64,000 nt of DNA. Origin: an uncultured Planctomycetaceae bacterium (GTDB lineage Bacteria > Planctomycetota > Planctomycetia > Pirellulales > PALSA-1355). The translations under genes were made by a program, and so were the position numbers. Under the pieces are notes generated by a model. It ran no database searches, was not told where the DNA came from, and worked only from the letters and a program-made list of their open reading frames with translations. Each line of letters opens with the position of its first letter. The stretch's first letter is position 1. Of the stretch, positions 50,735 to 62,169 are shown in pieces. Location of the stretch: positions 960,270 through 1,024,269 of the forward strand of contig CAWAUV010000007.1 in assembly GCA_963785305.1 (NCBI GenBank). Direction: 5' to 3'.

Positions 50735-53546
50735 TCAAATACAACCAAACGCCTGCATCAACAATTCCTTCTGCTCCATCAGGTGGCTACTCGCGAGCCG
50801 GTCGCCGGGCTCGACGCGCAGCGACGATAGATGCCGGAAAACGGCAGGCGGTCGAAGAGATCGGCGCCGTAGCGGGCGAGCAGAAATCGCCAAATGCCCA
50901 TGTTTTCGGGCGATTCTTGCACCCAGTAGACCGGCGTGCCGTCGGGGTAGGGGGCCAAGGCTTCCTTGAGCTCGTGCAGCGGCAGCGGGTAAATCTGCTC
51001 CATTCGCACGATCGCCACATCGTGGCGGCCAAGCTGCTCGCGCTCTTTCTCGAGCTCGTAATAAATCTTGCCCGAGCACATGAGCACTCCCTCGACATTG
51101 GCCCGGCGGGGATTCGAGTCGGGAATCACGCGCTGGAAGCGGCCGGTCGCGAGGTCGCCAAGGCTCGACAACGGAACTCGGAGCATGCTCTTGGGCGCCA
51201 TCACGATTAGCGGCTTGCGCCACCGCTTGAGCACCTGGCGCCGCAGCAAATGAAAATATTGCGCCGGCGTGGTCGGATGCACGATCTGCATATTATGGTC
51301 CGCCCCGAGCTGCAGGAATCGCTCGAGACGCGCCGAGGAATGCTCGGGCCCCTGGCCTTCGAATCCGTGCGGCAACAGCATCACCAGCCCGCTCAGCCGG
51401 CGCCACTTGGCTTCGGCGCTGGCGATGAACTGGTCGATGATCACCTGGGCCACGTTCACGAAGTCGCCGAACTGGGCTTCCCACAACACGAGCCCGTCGG
51501 GGCAATCGAGGCTGAAGCCATATTCGAATCCCAGCACGCCGATTTCACTCAGCGGGCTGTTGTAAATCTCGATCGGCGCTTGGTTCTTTTCCAAGTGCTG
51601 CAGCGGCATGTAGCGGTGGCCGTCTTCGTAGTCGTGCAAGAGGGCATGGCGCTGGCTGAAGGTGCCGCGCGTGCAATCCTGGCCGCTGAGGCGAACGCGA
51701 TGCCCCTCGGTGGCCAACGTGGCGAACGCCAGCGATTCGGCCGACGCCCAGTCCAGGAGCTTTTCGCCCCGGGCCATCGCCGCCCGTTCATCGAGAATCT
51801 TGGTGATCTTCGGGTGTGGATGAAAGTCGCTTGGCAACACGGTTTGCTTGAGAAGCAGCCCGCGCAGACGATCGAGCGCCGCGCCGGTGTTCACGTCGGG
51901 CACGTCGTTTTCGCGCCCCCGACATAGCCGGCCCAAATGCCCGCGTTCGAGTCGTCGCGAAACACATAGTCGTTGCTGCGGGCCACGGAGAGCTCGTGTT
52001 CGAGTTCCTCGTGCATTTCCTTCGAGATCGCGTCCGCCTCTTCCTTCGTGATTTGGCCCAGCTTCAAGAGCCGCTTGAGATAGCCCTCGCGCACCGGCTT
52101 GCGCTCCTTGATGGCGCGATACATGAGCGGCTGGGTGAATTCGGGCTCGTCGCCCTCGTTGTGACCGCGACGACGGTAACAATACATGTCGATCACGACG
52201 TCGCGTTTGAACTCGCGGCGGAAGTCCATCGCCAGCCGCACCACTTGGGCCACGGCCTCGGGATCTTCACCATTGACGTGGAAGATCGGAATCTGCAGCA
52301 TCTTGGCGATGTCGGTGGCGTAGGTGGTCGAGCGGCCATCGACCGGCGAGGTCACGAAGCCGATCTGATTGTTGACCACCACATGCATCGTGCCGCCGGT
52401 CGAGTAGGCCGGAAGCTGGCTCATGTTGAACGTTTCTTGCACCACGCCCTCGCCGGCAAACGCGGCGTCGCCGTGGATCAAGAGCGTCATCGCCTCGTCG
52501 CGCTCCTTGTTGCCGGCCAGGTCTTGCTTGGCGCGCACTCGGCCCAGGGCCACGGGATTGACGAACTCCAAATGGCTCGGGTTGAAGCAGAGCGAAAGGT
52601 GAACCTTCTGCCCGCCGACCGTGGTCCAGTCGCTCGAATACCCGAGATGGTATTTCACGTCGCCGCGGCCCAGGTGCAGCTTGGGGTCGATATCGGCGAA
52701 CTCGCGAAAGATGTTTTGCGGGCTCTTGTGCATGATATTGGCCAGCACATTCAGCCGGCCGCGATGCGCCATGCCGAACACAATCTCCTTGATGCCCTGA
52801 TCGCCGGCTTTTTCGATCGTCAGGTCCAAGAGCGGAATCAGGCCCTCGGCGCCCTCGAGCGAAAAACTCTTGGCCCCAGGGAAACGCTTTTGGATGAACT
52901 CCTCGAACAGCGTGGCGCTCGTCAGGCGGCGGAGCACGCGGAGTTGTTCATCGCGCGTGAGCTTGATCCGATTTTCCGTCGCCTCCATCCGGTCGAGCAG
53001 CCAATCGCGCACGCTCAGATCGTCCATGTGCATGAACTGCACGCCGATCGAGCGGCAATACGTGTTGCGCAGCCGCTCGACGATCCGCCGCAGGGTGCTG
53101 ATATCGGGCCCACGCATCGTGTCGGTCGAAAAGCGGCGCTCCATGTCGGCTTCGGTAAAGCCGTAATACTCCGGTTCGAGCTCCGGTTGCGGCGCCCGGG
53201 CCATGCGCAGCGGATCGATCTTGGCGACCATGTGTCCGCGCACCCGATAGGCGCGCACCAATTGGTCGACGCGATCTTGGAGCAGGGCCATTTCAAGGTC
53301 GTGGCGTCCGTTGACGCCGCCGCTGATCGTCTTGGCCGGCGGATTGAAGAGGCTCGACGGGCGGAACGACGGGCCCAGCCGCGGCGAACCCAGCGGCAGC
53401 GAGCCGTTCATGCGTTGGAAATAGTCGCGCCAATCGGCCGAGACCGCCGAGGGATCGGCGAGGTAGTCGGCGTAGAGTCCCTCGATAAAGTCGAGGCTTA
53501 GGCTATTGGGTATCGGTTCCGTATCGGACGAGGGCACGTTTAACAT
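50735..53546 (-). CDS. sucA: 2-oxoglutarate dehydrogenase E1 component; two frame switches
   Basis: [87 protein letters not shown]. One join is at the C5 run 51916-51920 and another near 50790. The restored end is ...[16 protein letters not shown]. Confidence 0.9.
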
Positions 53547-54539
53547 CGGGACTAATCCTCAGGAGGCGCCTGGAGCCGAAGTCGATCGGGCGACGGGCAT
53601 CGCCAAGCCGCGAATTCTCGTGAAGTTCGGACTCGATCGAATTGTACGTCGCAAAAACGCGACGTGGGCGGATCGAAGATCGATTATGCCGCAGGCAGGG
53701 GTTGTGCAAAGAACGCGAATCGCCGGAAAGATACGACGGCACTCGAGCGGAAATTGCGCCGCCAAGCCTCGCCGAACGGCTGGAAGGGGCTCGTGCCCAT
53801 CGGCGCCATCTTGACTCGACACTGGACCATGACGTTGTGCAATCACTTGGCGAACCAAAACGCGGCAATCAGGTGGCGATTGGTCGACTCTCTCTCGGGG
53901 GCGGATAGTCTCTCGGGGCAAGCCTCGCAAACAATGCTCGACTCGCCCATGGGGGGAAGCGCGATGGCGGGAACATTAGCGAAATCGCGACGCGACGCCA
54001 AACGCAATTTTGCGGTCGACCGCGAGCCAACGGATTGCCGGGGACCTTGGGGCGGGTCAAACATGGGGGTGGGTCGAAAAATCGGGGCGGGCTCCGGGGG
54101 CCGGAAATCCTTGGAAAACCGGCGAATCCTTCGCAAAGAGGCTAAAGTCCGTAAGCCGGAAAAATCGCGCCAAACGCAAATCATACCGCAAGTCGAATCG
54201 CTCCCATAGTGCCTATCGGCCAGTCCGCTCATTAAAATATCGGTAGCTCGACACTTACGCGATTCGCCTCCCCGTGTTCCGAAGTTCGCCGAAAGCCCCT
54301 GTTTTTCTCCCTCGCGAAGGGGCAAATCGGTTGAACTTTGCCCAGCGCCAACAGATAATCTGGAAGCGGCTTCTTGTTTTTTCGTCGATCGACCGGGCGG
54401 CGCCACTTCGGCCGCGATGGCTCTATTTTGATTCTGTTTCGTTTCGATTCGATTTCGATGGCGTGCCGCTCGCCCCGCGCAGGGGAGGGCGCTGCGCAGA
54501 ACGTCGAATTTGCCGGGCGAATTCGCCAGGGACCATGCA

Positions 54540-56379
54540 ATGACGCCGGATTTCAATCCCTATACGGATTGGCTGGGAATTCCTCGAGAGGCTCAGCCCG
54601 CGAATCATTACCGCTTGCTGGGGCTCAAACGCTTCGAGCCCGAGAACGCGACGATCGCCGCGGCGGCTGATAAACGGCTGAAACTCTTGCGCTCGCATGC
54701 TGCTGGCGCCCATGCCGCCGAGGCCAAGAAACTTTTTCGCGAAGTCGCGGCGGCCAAGGAGTGTCTGCTCAACGCCGAGACCCGCGCCGCCTATGATGCC
54801 CGCTTGCAGGCCGCCGCCGAGCGACTGGCCCGCTCGCGACAATCGGGCGCCAGCCCCGCCCCGGCCGTAACTCGCCCCGCCCCCGCCGCCGCGGCCACTC
54901 CCGCGGCGGCGACATTGCCCGCGACAAAGACTTTGCCCACGGCGGCGCCCGCGAATGGCGCCGCCAAGAATCGCGCTCGGCCCGCGGCGGTTGCCGCGGG
55001 TCCACCGCCGGCGCCTCCCCCGCCACCGCCCGCCGCGCCGCCGCCTCCACCGATTGCGCCGCTCGCCGACGAAACGGTCGCGGGCTTCGCGAGCTTGGAA
55101 GATATCACGTCGACCGTCTATGCCCCGCGCTTCGCGACTCCCTCGCGAGCGAAGTCCAAGACCGGCGCCGCCAAGAGCAGCGCCACAATGAAAGCGGTCG
55201 GCAAGGGCGTCGCGAGCAAGAGCGGCGCGAAAGGCGCTGCTATCAAAGGCGCCGCGCGAAACGGGCGAACCCAACGCGGCGCCGCCGGTTCCGACGAAGC
55301 CTCGTCGTCGGGTCGGAAGAAACTGTTGATCTTCTCCGGCGCTGGACTGCTGGTCGCGCTCGTGGCCAGCCTTGGCGTTTGGATGGCGCTCTCCAAGGCG
55401 CCCGACAAAACCGCCCTGGCCAGCGCGACGGCCCCCGACGACAAGGCTCTCGACGGCAAGGCTCGGGCCTCGGTTTCCGCCGCCGACGGCCTGCCCGATG
55501 ACAAGAACGACGCGAGCGATAAAAACGTATCGAGTAACAATGCCGCGGCAAACTTGAGGCGCCGCCGCCGATGCGCCTTCCGCCGCGGGCGTCGCCACGG
55601 CGCCCGCCTCCGACGCCAGTGACAGTCTCGACGCCCCCCCGGCCGGCGCCGGCGTCGCCGATCCGGCCGTATTCGACGCCGCCGAGTCGACCGGAGATCT
55701 CGACCTCGTGAAACAGGCCCTCGCGGCGGGCATGAATATCGAGGCCCGCGACCCGAGCGGCCGCACTCTGCTTCGCCGCGCCGTGATGGGCGGCCACGGC
55801 GACTTGATCGAGCATCTGCTCAATGCCAAGGCCGATGTGAACACGGCCGACGACCTGGGCGAAACCCCGCTGATGTCGGCCGTGCAACGCGGCGACGTGA
55901 AGCTCGCAAGCCTGCTGCTCAGTTCGGGCGCCAATCCCAACGCGCGAACCTTGGCCGACGAAGAGCAGCGCATCGGCGGGCTGGGCGCCTTGCATCTGGC
56001 GGCCCGGGTCGGCAACGCGGAGCTCGTGAAGCTGCTGCTGGAAGAAAAAGCCGATCCCAATCTCGCGACCGCCGCCGGCGCCACGCCGCTGATGATCGCC
56101 GCTTGGCAGGCGAATCCGCCGGTCGTGCAAGCCCTGCTGCAAGCCAAGGCCGACGGATCGCTCAAGGACAACGATGGTCAAACCGTGCTCATGTACGGTG
56201 TGCAGGGCGGCGATGAAGACGTGGTGAAGCTATTGCTCTCGCGCGAGGAGGTGATGGTCCTCGGCAAGAGCCAACAAGGCGCCACCGCCTTGGGAATCGC
56301 CTTGGCCAAACGCTCGCCCGAACTGGTGACGCTCCTGCGCGACGCGGCCAAACGAGAAGCCCCGAAGCTGGATTTCTGA
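54540..56379 (+). CDS. J-domain-like (no HPD) / Pro-rich / single-TM / ankyrin-repeat protein; one frame switch
   Basis: N-terminus NHYRLLGLKRFE...LLNAETRAAYDARL. TM segment LLIFSGAGLLVALVASLGVWMAL. At least five ankyrin repeats (GRTLLRRAVMGGHGDLIEHLLNAKADVN, GETPLMSAVQRGDVKLASLLLSSGANPN, ...). The join between ORFs 54510..55622 and 55708..56379 is near 55557. Confidence 0.7.
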
Positions 56380-56436
56380 CGCGTGGCGACAAACGGCGCG
56401 GCCCACGATGCTGTTGGAGCCTATCCGACAACTCCT

Positions 56437-56457
56437 CCTCTCCCCATATGGGAGAGG
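56437..56457. other. 8-bp-stem hairpin (CCTCTCCC CATAT GGGAGAGG) downstream of the ankyrin gene
   Basis: Perfect inverted repeat 58 nt after the stop at 56379. No T-tract follows, so its function as a terminator is unproven. Confidence 0.5.
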
Positions 56458-56542
56458 GTAGAGCGAGGGGGGCGCCGAAGTTCTCGATAAGGCCCTTCCT
56501 CGCGCAGACTTCCGGACAACAAGCTCTTTGACGGGCGTCGGA

Positions 56543-57526
56543 ATGAAATTGCGGCCTCAGCGGCGATCAGAAGGGCGACCGCGTTTCCGCTGGGCGGTGT
56601 GCGCTCTCTTCGTCGCCGTCAATATTGCCATGCTGGCAACCATCGTGTTTTTGTCGCTGGCGCTTGCGGGGCAAAATCGGCTCATTCGCACGATGGCCGA
56701 AATCCGAAATCTCGGCGGGAGTTTCTCGACCACGGAGGCCATTGCTCCGCTCAATTGGGTCGGCTGTTCGGTGATCGATAGGGTTTACCTTCACAATATC
56801 AAGGACGAAGCCCTCGACTCGGTGTTCCGCCGGGCTTGCCGGAGCGAGGCTCTCGAAAAGGTGTATTTGGATAACTCGTGGATCACCGATGCCGGGCTTG
56901 CGGAAATGCCGCGGACTCGCGCGAGCTGGATCGATCTTAAGGGCACTCATATCACGAGTCGCGCCGCGGAACTGTTGCCGTCGACCTATGTCACGCACTT
57001 GGACTTGTCGAGCACAAAGATCGACGACGCTGCGATCGCTCCACTCGCCAAATGTTCGCAGCTCGAAAGTTTGATCGTGTGCGACACGCAATTAACGAGT
57101 CGCGGAACGCGGTCCCTTCCCGCGATTCGGTCGCTCACGGTGTTCTGGGCCAATCGCACGGCGCTCGATAACGAGTCGGCGCGCGCCCTCGCACAGTGCC
57201 CGCAATTACTGTCGCTAAGTCTCGCGGAAACGCGGTTCGAAGATTCGGGCCTCGAGCACATCGGCAAGCTCGCGAACTTGTATTCGCTCGATCTATCACG
57301 CCTCCCGATTACCGATCGTGGCCTGGAGCATCTCTCCGGGCTGTCGAAGCTGGGCGTGCTCGACCTGAACTATACCGAGGTCACCTCCATTTCGACCGTA
57401 GCACTGCAAAAACTGTCTTCCTTAAAACACCTAGACGTCCGCGGCACTCCGCTTGCCGGCCTGGGAAAAACCGCGCTAGAGAGTTTGCTCCCCGGCGTAA
57501 CTGTCACCACGAACGACGCTCACTGA
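56543..57526 (+). CDS. membrane-anchored leucine-rich-repeat (RNI-like) protein
   Basis: N-terminal TM WAVCALFVAVNIAMLATIVFLSLALA. Then repeated L..L.L....I.D.G patterns (LEKVYLDNSWITDAGL, VTHLDLSSTKIDDAAI, LYSLDLSRLPITDRGLEHL, LGVLDLNYTEVTS). Confidence 0.75.
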   Translation: MKLRPQRRSEGRPRFRWAVCALFVAVNIAMLATIVFLSLALAGQNRLIRTMAEIRNLGGSFSTTEAIAPLNWVGCSVIDRVYLHNIKDEALDSVFRRACRSEALEKVYLDNSWITDAGLAEMPRTRASWIDLKGTHITSRAAELLPSTYVTHLDLSSTKIDDAAIAPLAKCSQLESLIVCDTQLTSRGTRSLPAIRSLTVFWANRTALDNESARALAQCPQLLSLSLAETRFEDSGLEHIGKLANLYSLDLSRLPITDRGLEHLSGLSKLGVLDLNYTEVTSISTVALQKLSSLKHLDVRGTPLAGLGKTALESLLPGVTVTTNDAH

Positions 57527-57811
57527 ACGCCCGGCGCTAGAAGTCCGATCAGCAGCCAGACCACGAATCCGCCCAGGGCGCCCCAGGTTTTGCGTTGAAA
57601 CGGCGCCATGATCGCCATGCCGAGCCAAATCGTGGCCGATGGCCGCGCCCGCGAGTCGCGCCGGCTGACGCAACGCCCACTCGCGCATTCGCACGAAATC
57701 CAAGGGCACTCGCGGCAACCGACCGGAGCTTGACGAACCCAATCGCCGGCAACGAGGACCCGGGGGACCCGCGTCGATTGATATCCGCAGGCTGCCCGCC
57801 AAAGCTCCAAC

Positions 57812-57863
57812 ACAAGTCTGACGCGCGAGCGAAGGAATTCTTTTGCTTGCGCTTCAAGCTTGT
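57812..57863. repeat. dispersed palindromic repeat family, copy D (tight hairpin)
   Basis: ACAAGTCTGACGCGCGAGCGAAGG (57812-57835) pairs with TTTTGCTTGCGCTTCAAGCTTGT (57841-57863), about 17/23 complementary. Intergenic. Confidence 0.7.
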
Positions 57864-57878
57864 GTATTTTGCGATCCG

Positions 57879-58166
57879 TCACTTGGTCGGGGTCTCTCTC
57901 CGCGGCGCCAACCGAATCGCGAGCCAAGGAAAGAAAAAGAACAGGATCACCAGAATCTTGCACAACGCCAAGCAGCAATACAGGATCACGTCCATTTCGT
58001 GTTTCGAGATGCCGAACATCGGGCCATGTAGCCGGTAAAGCGCGTCGCCAGCGAACACCACGATGCCGAGCCAAAGCATCAATAGCGCGAACCCAAGAAG
58101 CCAACAGCGAAGAAGCACCCGCGCGACGACGCTCAGCCATTCGTTGGACGGACTCGGCATGGGCAT
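57879..58166 (-). CDS. small three-TM membrane protein (resembles DUF6868-type proteins, unverified)
   Basis: MPMPSPSNEWLSVVARVLLRCWLLGFALLMLWLGIVVFAGDALYRLHGPMFGISKHEMDVILYCCLALCKILVILFFFFPWLAIRL has three clear hydrophobic segments. Confidence 0.5.
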   Translation of the reverse strand: MPMPSPSNEWLSVVARVLLRCWLLGFALLMLWLGIVVFAGDALYRLHGPMFGISKHEMDVILYCCLALCKILVILFFFFPWLAIRLAPRRETPTK

Positions 58167-58585
58167 CGGAGCACCTCCCGGGGGATCGCGGCGCCGGCAG
58201 CGCCTCGGATTCGAGAACCGTGACATTGTACCCCAACCACCACGGCGGGACCGTGGCCGAAGGGCGACGACTCACGCCGACCCGACGAACCAGGGGCCAC
58301 GGAAGAAACGAAATCAGCCGCGCCGCGCGGTGCTTTGTTTTGTTCCCCGTCGTGCTGCCGTGGCCGTCGCGGCCGTTGTGTTGATTGCTTGCTGTTCTCG
58401 CCGAAGAGTCTGGCAAGGAAACGCTTCCACCAAGACGGGCACGACGACCCGACGAATGAAGCTCGCCAATGGGCCGGGAGAATCAGCAAGCCGAGATGGC
58501 CTTACGACGCGGTCAACGGCCAGCCGTCGCCCTGTTTTCGAAATCCATAAAACCGCCTCGCTTTCACACATCCGCATCGAGTTTT

Positions 58586-59050
58586 TCAAGGCGCCATTTC
58601 CCCGCCGCGGGGTTTTTGGCGGGCGGTCGGGCGGGGCTTGGGTTTCTTGAGGCTGGCTTGCTTCATCGCCGCGGCCTGCTCGGCGGTGATCGGGCCGTCG
58701 ACGCGGAAGGCGTCGACGATCAGCAGCGGCTTGGCGGGCGGGTCGCCGGGCAGGCTGAGGAAATCTTCTACCGGCGGAAGCGAGGCGGCGCGGCGGGGAG
58801 ATGCGCCGGCGGCGGGCATTCCATCGTCGCCGGCCGGCATCGAGGCGTCGGCTTCCATCGCGCCGTCCGACGGCATTCCCGCGTCGGGCGCCATCGCCGC
58901 ATCGGCGGGCGCTGCTTTTCGGAACTTGCCTCGCGGCGTCGGTTTGGCAAGCGCCGAGCCGGTTACCGCCGAGCTGGCGATCGCCAGCACGCCCAGGGCG
59001 GCAAGCGTTAAACACCACTGCCATCGCAATCGGAGCATTCCACGCGCCAT
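58586..59050 (-). CDS. secreted low-complexity (Ala/Pro/Asp/Met-rich) protein
   Basis: Signal peptide MARGMLRLRWQWCLTLAALGVLAIASSAVTGSALA. A repetitive AMAPDAGMPSDGAMEADASMPAGDDGMPAAG segment follows. Confidence 0.5.
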   Translation of the reverse strand: MARGMLRLRWQWCLTLAALGVLAIASSAVTGSALAKPTPRGKFRKAAPADAAMAPDAGMPSDGAMEADASMPAGDDGMPAAGASPRRAASLPPVEDFLSLPGDPPAKPLLIVDAFRVDGPITAEQAAAMKQASLKKPKPRPTARQKPRGGEMAP

Positions 59051-59224
59051 GACACGGACTCCCGAGTGGGTTGGTTCGCTCGAACGGCTGAACTCCCCTT
59101 ATTCTGCCCGATGCGACGCCGGCGAGCAAATTATTTCTGGCGTTCGCCGGGCATCCGGGCATCGGAAAGCGGCGCCGCGTGAAAGCGCGCGAGCAGCCTG
59201 GAATTCCGAGCTGCCGCCCGGCGA

Positions 59225-60565
59225 CTACTTGCCGCTCGGCTCCGAACTGCCGGTGAGCGGCTTGAGCCGCACTTTCCGGTAGCGAACATGCTGCTTCGTC
59301 AAATCGCCGCCGCCGTGGACTTGCAGGGCCACGCTCCCGGCGTCTGGATGCCGCTTCTCGGTGTCGCTCCAGTCCATGAACTTCACGCCGTTGATATAGG
59401 TGGTCACATGCGGCGGGTTGGCGACGATGCGGGCCCGCAGTTCGTTCCACTGGTCATGTTTCCAAAAAGCCGGCCACGCCTCGGGCGAAATCGGCAGCGG
59501 AGTCGGAGCTTCGCGCGGTTCGATGCGGGTCACATCGTCGAGAAATTTGAAGTTGGCCACATTGATCTTGCCCGAGAGTCCCTCGCCATAGACGCCGGCC
59601 AGATTGCCGCCTTTGTGATAATCGACCATGTACTGATAGGCTTGGCCGCGCTCGTTGCTCCGCAGGAACAGGCCGGAATCGGGACCGAAATCGTTCTCCA
59701 TTTCCAGGGCGACTTCGAAATCGGTGAACTGCTCGTCGGTGAGAATAATGCCGCCGTTGCCGGGAATGTCTTGGCTGCCGACGATCACGCCGTCTTCGCG
59801 CACCCAGCGCCCGCCGGTCTTGTTGCCCGAGGCGCGGCTGTGCCCGGTCTGGCTGCTGACATGCCAACCTGTGAGGTCGGAATCGTTGCCCAAGAGGCGA
59901 AAACCGATCTCGGTGGCGACGATGTTCTTGAATTCGTGCTGCCCGCCACCGGTTTCCACTTCGCATTGAATGCCGATGAAGCCTTCGGGATTGGCGAGGC
60001 CCGACGCTTTCCAGGCGGTCTTGCCGTTGATTTCGGTTTCCGCGGCGTCGCCGATCACGGTGATGCGGAAATGGTTCCACTCGCCAGCGGGCTTGATGAG
60101 CCCGGTGCTACTGGCGCCTTTGAGTTCCTTGAGGTTGCCTTCCTGGCCTTGCTTCAAGTTGATCTGGTAGCGATTGGGAAACTGCTGCCCAGGCTTGCTC
60201 GGCATGAGGGCGCGAACATAGAAACCGGAGTCGTAGAAGGCATCGGCCTTACGGGGCCGCCAATCGAACTCGACGACAAAATCGGTGTAAAGCTGCTGGG
60301 CCCGCAGCCAGCCGTTGCCGGAGCGAACGACGATTGCGCCCTCCTCGACGCCCGCGTTGCAGCCATATACTTGCCAGCCTTCGAGGTCCACTCCATTGAA
60401 GAGCACATGGCGATAGCCGGCCTTGGCGGCTTCGGCGCTGGCGGTTTTGACACTGGCGGTTTCAGCCGCCGGGGCGAGCGAGCTTCCAAGGCTCAGCGGT
60501 AACATGAACGCCGCGAGCGGGAACAGGGCCGCGAGCCGAGCAAGACGCTTCTGGGAGCAGGACAT
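59225..60565 (-). CDS. secreted protein with two DUF1080 (3-keto-disaccharide hydrolase-like, concanavalin-fold) domains
   Basis: Signal MSCSQKRLARLAALFPLAAFMLPL. VLFNGVDLEGWQV...YTDFVVEFDWR and LLGNDSDLTGWHV...FTDFEVALEMEN...VALQVHGG. The length of 1341 nt is in frame. Confidence 0.8.
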   Translation of the reverse strand: MSCSQKRLARLAALFPLAAFMLPLSLGSSLAPAAETASVKTASAEAAKAGYRHVLFNGVDLEGWQVYGCNAGVEEGAIVVRSGNGWLRAQQLYTDFVVEFDWRPRKADAFYDSGFYVRALMPSKPGQQFPNRYQINLKQGQEGNLKELKGASSTGLIKPAGEWNHFRITVIGDAAETEINGKTAWKASGLANPEGFIGIQCEVETGGGQHEFKNIVATEIGFRLLGNDSDLTGWHVSSQTGHSRASGNKTGGRWVREDGVIVGSQDIPGNGGIILTDEQFTDFEVALEMENDFGPDSGLFLRSNERGQAYQYMVDYHKGGNLAGVYGEGLSGKINVANFKFLDDVTRIEPREAPTPLPISPEAWPAFWKHDQWNELRARIVANPPHVTTYINGVKFMDWSDTEKRHPDAGSVALQVHGGGDLTKQHVRYRKVRLKPLTGSSEPSGK

Positions 60566-60611
60566 GGGTGGGAGACTCCGCGGGGAAGAATTGCTTGGGC
60601 GGCTGGGTTTG

Positions 60612-61084
60612 CTATTTGCCGGGCGCCTGAAACTGGTTGAACGCCGCGAGCAGTTTTGGTTCGTCGGCGTGGCCTTCGTAGCCGGCCATCGCCACGGCGC
60701 CGCGCACCTTGGCAGCCTCGCGACGGCCGTTGATTTCGATCGCGCCGTCGCGTTCGATTTGCTTGGCGCGTCGGCCTGGCCGGGATCGAACGGATCGAAA
60801 TAGACGAGCCAAATCGGCTTGTCGCCCACCACGACTTCGAAGGTCCGCTCGTGGGCGATCGTGACCACTCCGGCCGCCAGTCGCGGCGCTTGACACATTA
60901 GCCCCTGACGCTCGAGCGCTGCCGGAAAACGCTCGATCGGCGCCGAGTGGTCGGTGGCCGTGAGATAGACCGTGTTGAAGAAGACAAACGCCATGCCGCC
61001 GCAGAGCGCCAGGCCAAATAAAATCGCGGCAATCTTGCGCACCGAATGCGAAGGAAGCCCGGGCACATTTTCTGGGGTCGACAT
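60612..61084 (-). CDS. membrane-anchored hypothetical protein; one frame switch
   Basis: MSTPENVPGLPSHSVRKIAAILFGLALCGGMAFVFF... continues after a join near 60780 as ...KQIERDGAIEINGRREAAKVRGAVAMAGYEGHADEPKLLAAFNQFQAPGK. Confidence 0.45.
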
Positions 61085-61239
61085 GGCGCCTCTTTCATCG
61101 GGCCGCGCTCCGCCGGGAGCGAGCCGCGGGGGGAAGGGAATTCTTGTTTCTGGGGGGAATCGAAGCGTAAATCTTAGAATATGGCCGCAAGCTTTACCAT
61201 GCCGAGCCGCGCCGCCAAAACGAGGCGCCCCCGGCGGAG

Positions 61240-62064
61240 TCACGGCGTGAGATAGCGAATTAGGATATGACCCATGATTTGTTCGCCGGCGGCGCTGGCG
61301 TGGACCGCGTCGCGTTTCCAATAGTCGAGCGGCTCGCCGGCCGCGAGGACATATTCGCCCCAGGCGGCTTGCAGGTCGAGAAATCCACAGTGCATGTCGT
61401 CGGCCACTTCCGCCAATTGGCGTGCATAAGCGATGTCGTCTGGGTGCTCGTTCCGCCAGTCCTTGCCGTGGGTTGGGTCGCATCGTTCGCCGAAGGCGCC
61501 GGTCATCAGCAGGATATCGGCTTGCGACCGAGCCCGGATTTGTTCGACCACCGCGCGCACATTGTCGGCGGCGCCGTTGCTGATGCCGCCGATGATCACG
61601 AGATCGGGCCGATGATCGAGCACATATTTTTCGACATTGCCGGGTTCTCGATAAGAGCCGCAGCCGGTGCGATGGTTGACCGAAGTGAATTTTTCGATCG
61701 TGACTTTCGGGTTCTCCCGGTCGAACTCGAGATCCCAGGCCGAACGACTCGTGTCTTTCATGATACTGTCGCCAAGCATCACCACCCGCAACACGCCGCC
61801 GTGGGTGAGAATTTCGTGCGTGCGGGGGAGGTTTTGCCAGCGATCGGAGGGCGGTTGATAATCGACCGGCGGCATCCAAGCATAAACGCAGATGGCGCGG
61901 CCGAGCCAGAAATACGGTCGGTCCGCATAGTAGCCATAGGAGATAATCCCGCCCAAGAAGCCCAAGAGAGCGATCGCGGTCACGGCGACGATCAGCAGGC
62001 GCCGAGCCCAAGGCCGGGGCCGCCGCGAGTTGGTTGTGTTGATTTCCGCTTTGCCTGGATCCAC
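61240..62064 (-). CDS. membrane-anchored SGNH/GDSL-family hydrolase
   Basis: TM LLIVAVTAIALLGFLGGII. Block I VVMLGDSIMKD. IIGGISNG. Block V DAVHASAAGEQIMG. Confidence 0.75.
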   Translation of the reverse strand: MDPGKAEINTTNSRRPRPWARRLLIVAVTAIALLGFLGGIISYGYYADRPYFWLGRAICVYAWMPPVDYQPPSDRWQNLPRTHEILTHGGVLRVVMLGDSIMKDTSRSAWDLEFDRENPKVTIEKFTSVNHRTGCGSYREPGNVEKYVLDHRPDLVIIGGISNGAADNVRAVVEQIRARSQADILLMTGAFGERCDPTHGKDWRNEHPDDIAYARQLAEVADDMHCGFLDLQAAWGEYVLAAGEPLDYWKRDAVHASAAGEQIMGHILIRYLTP

Positions 62065-62169
62065 GATCGTACATCACCTGAAAAAAAGCATTGCATTCGC
62101 CTCCAAGCATACCACCGATCGAGCCGCCCCGTGAACCAGCGCCGCCGGGCTTGGTCGGCTCGCGTGACA

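Noticed and set aside
54065-54095. tmRNA-like 5' end (GGGGGTGGGTCGAAAA...)
   Set aside because: No T-arm (GGTTCGA.TCC) and no CCA-proximal acceptor complement within the expected 300-400 nt. No tag-reading-frame features.
54138-54157. RNase P RNA-like GAGGCTAAAGTCCGTAAGCC motif
   Set aside because: It deviates from the conserved GGAAAGUCCGGGC core. The second universal block (ACAGAACCCGGCUUA-like) is absent on either strand nearby.
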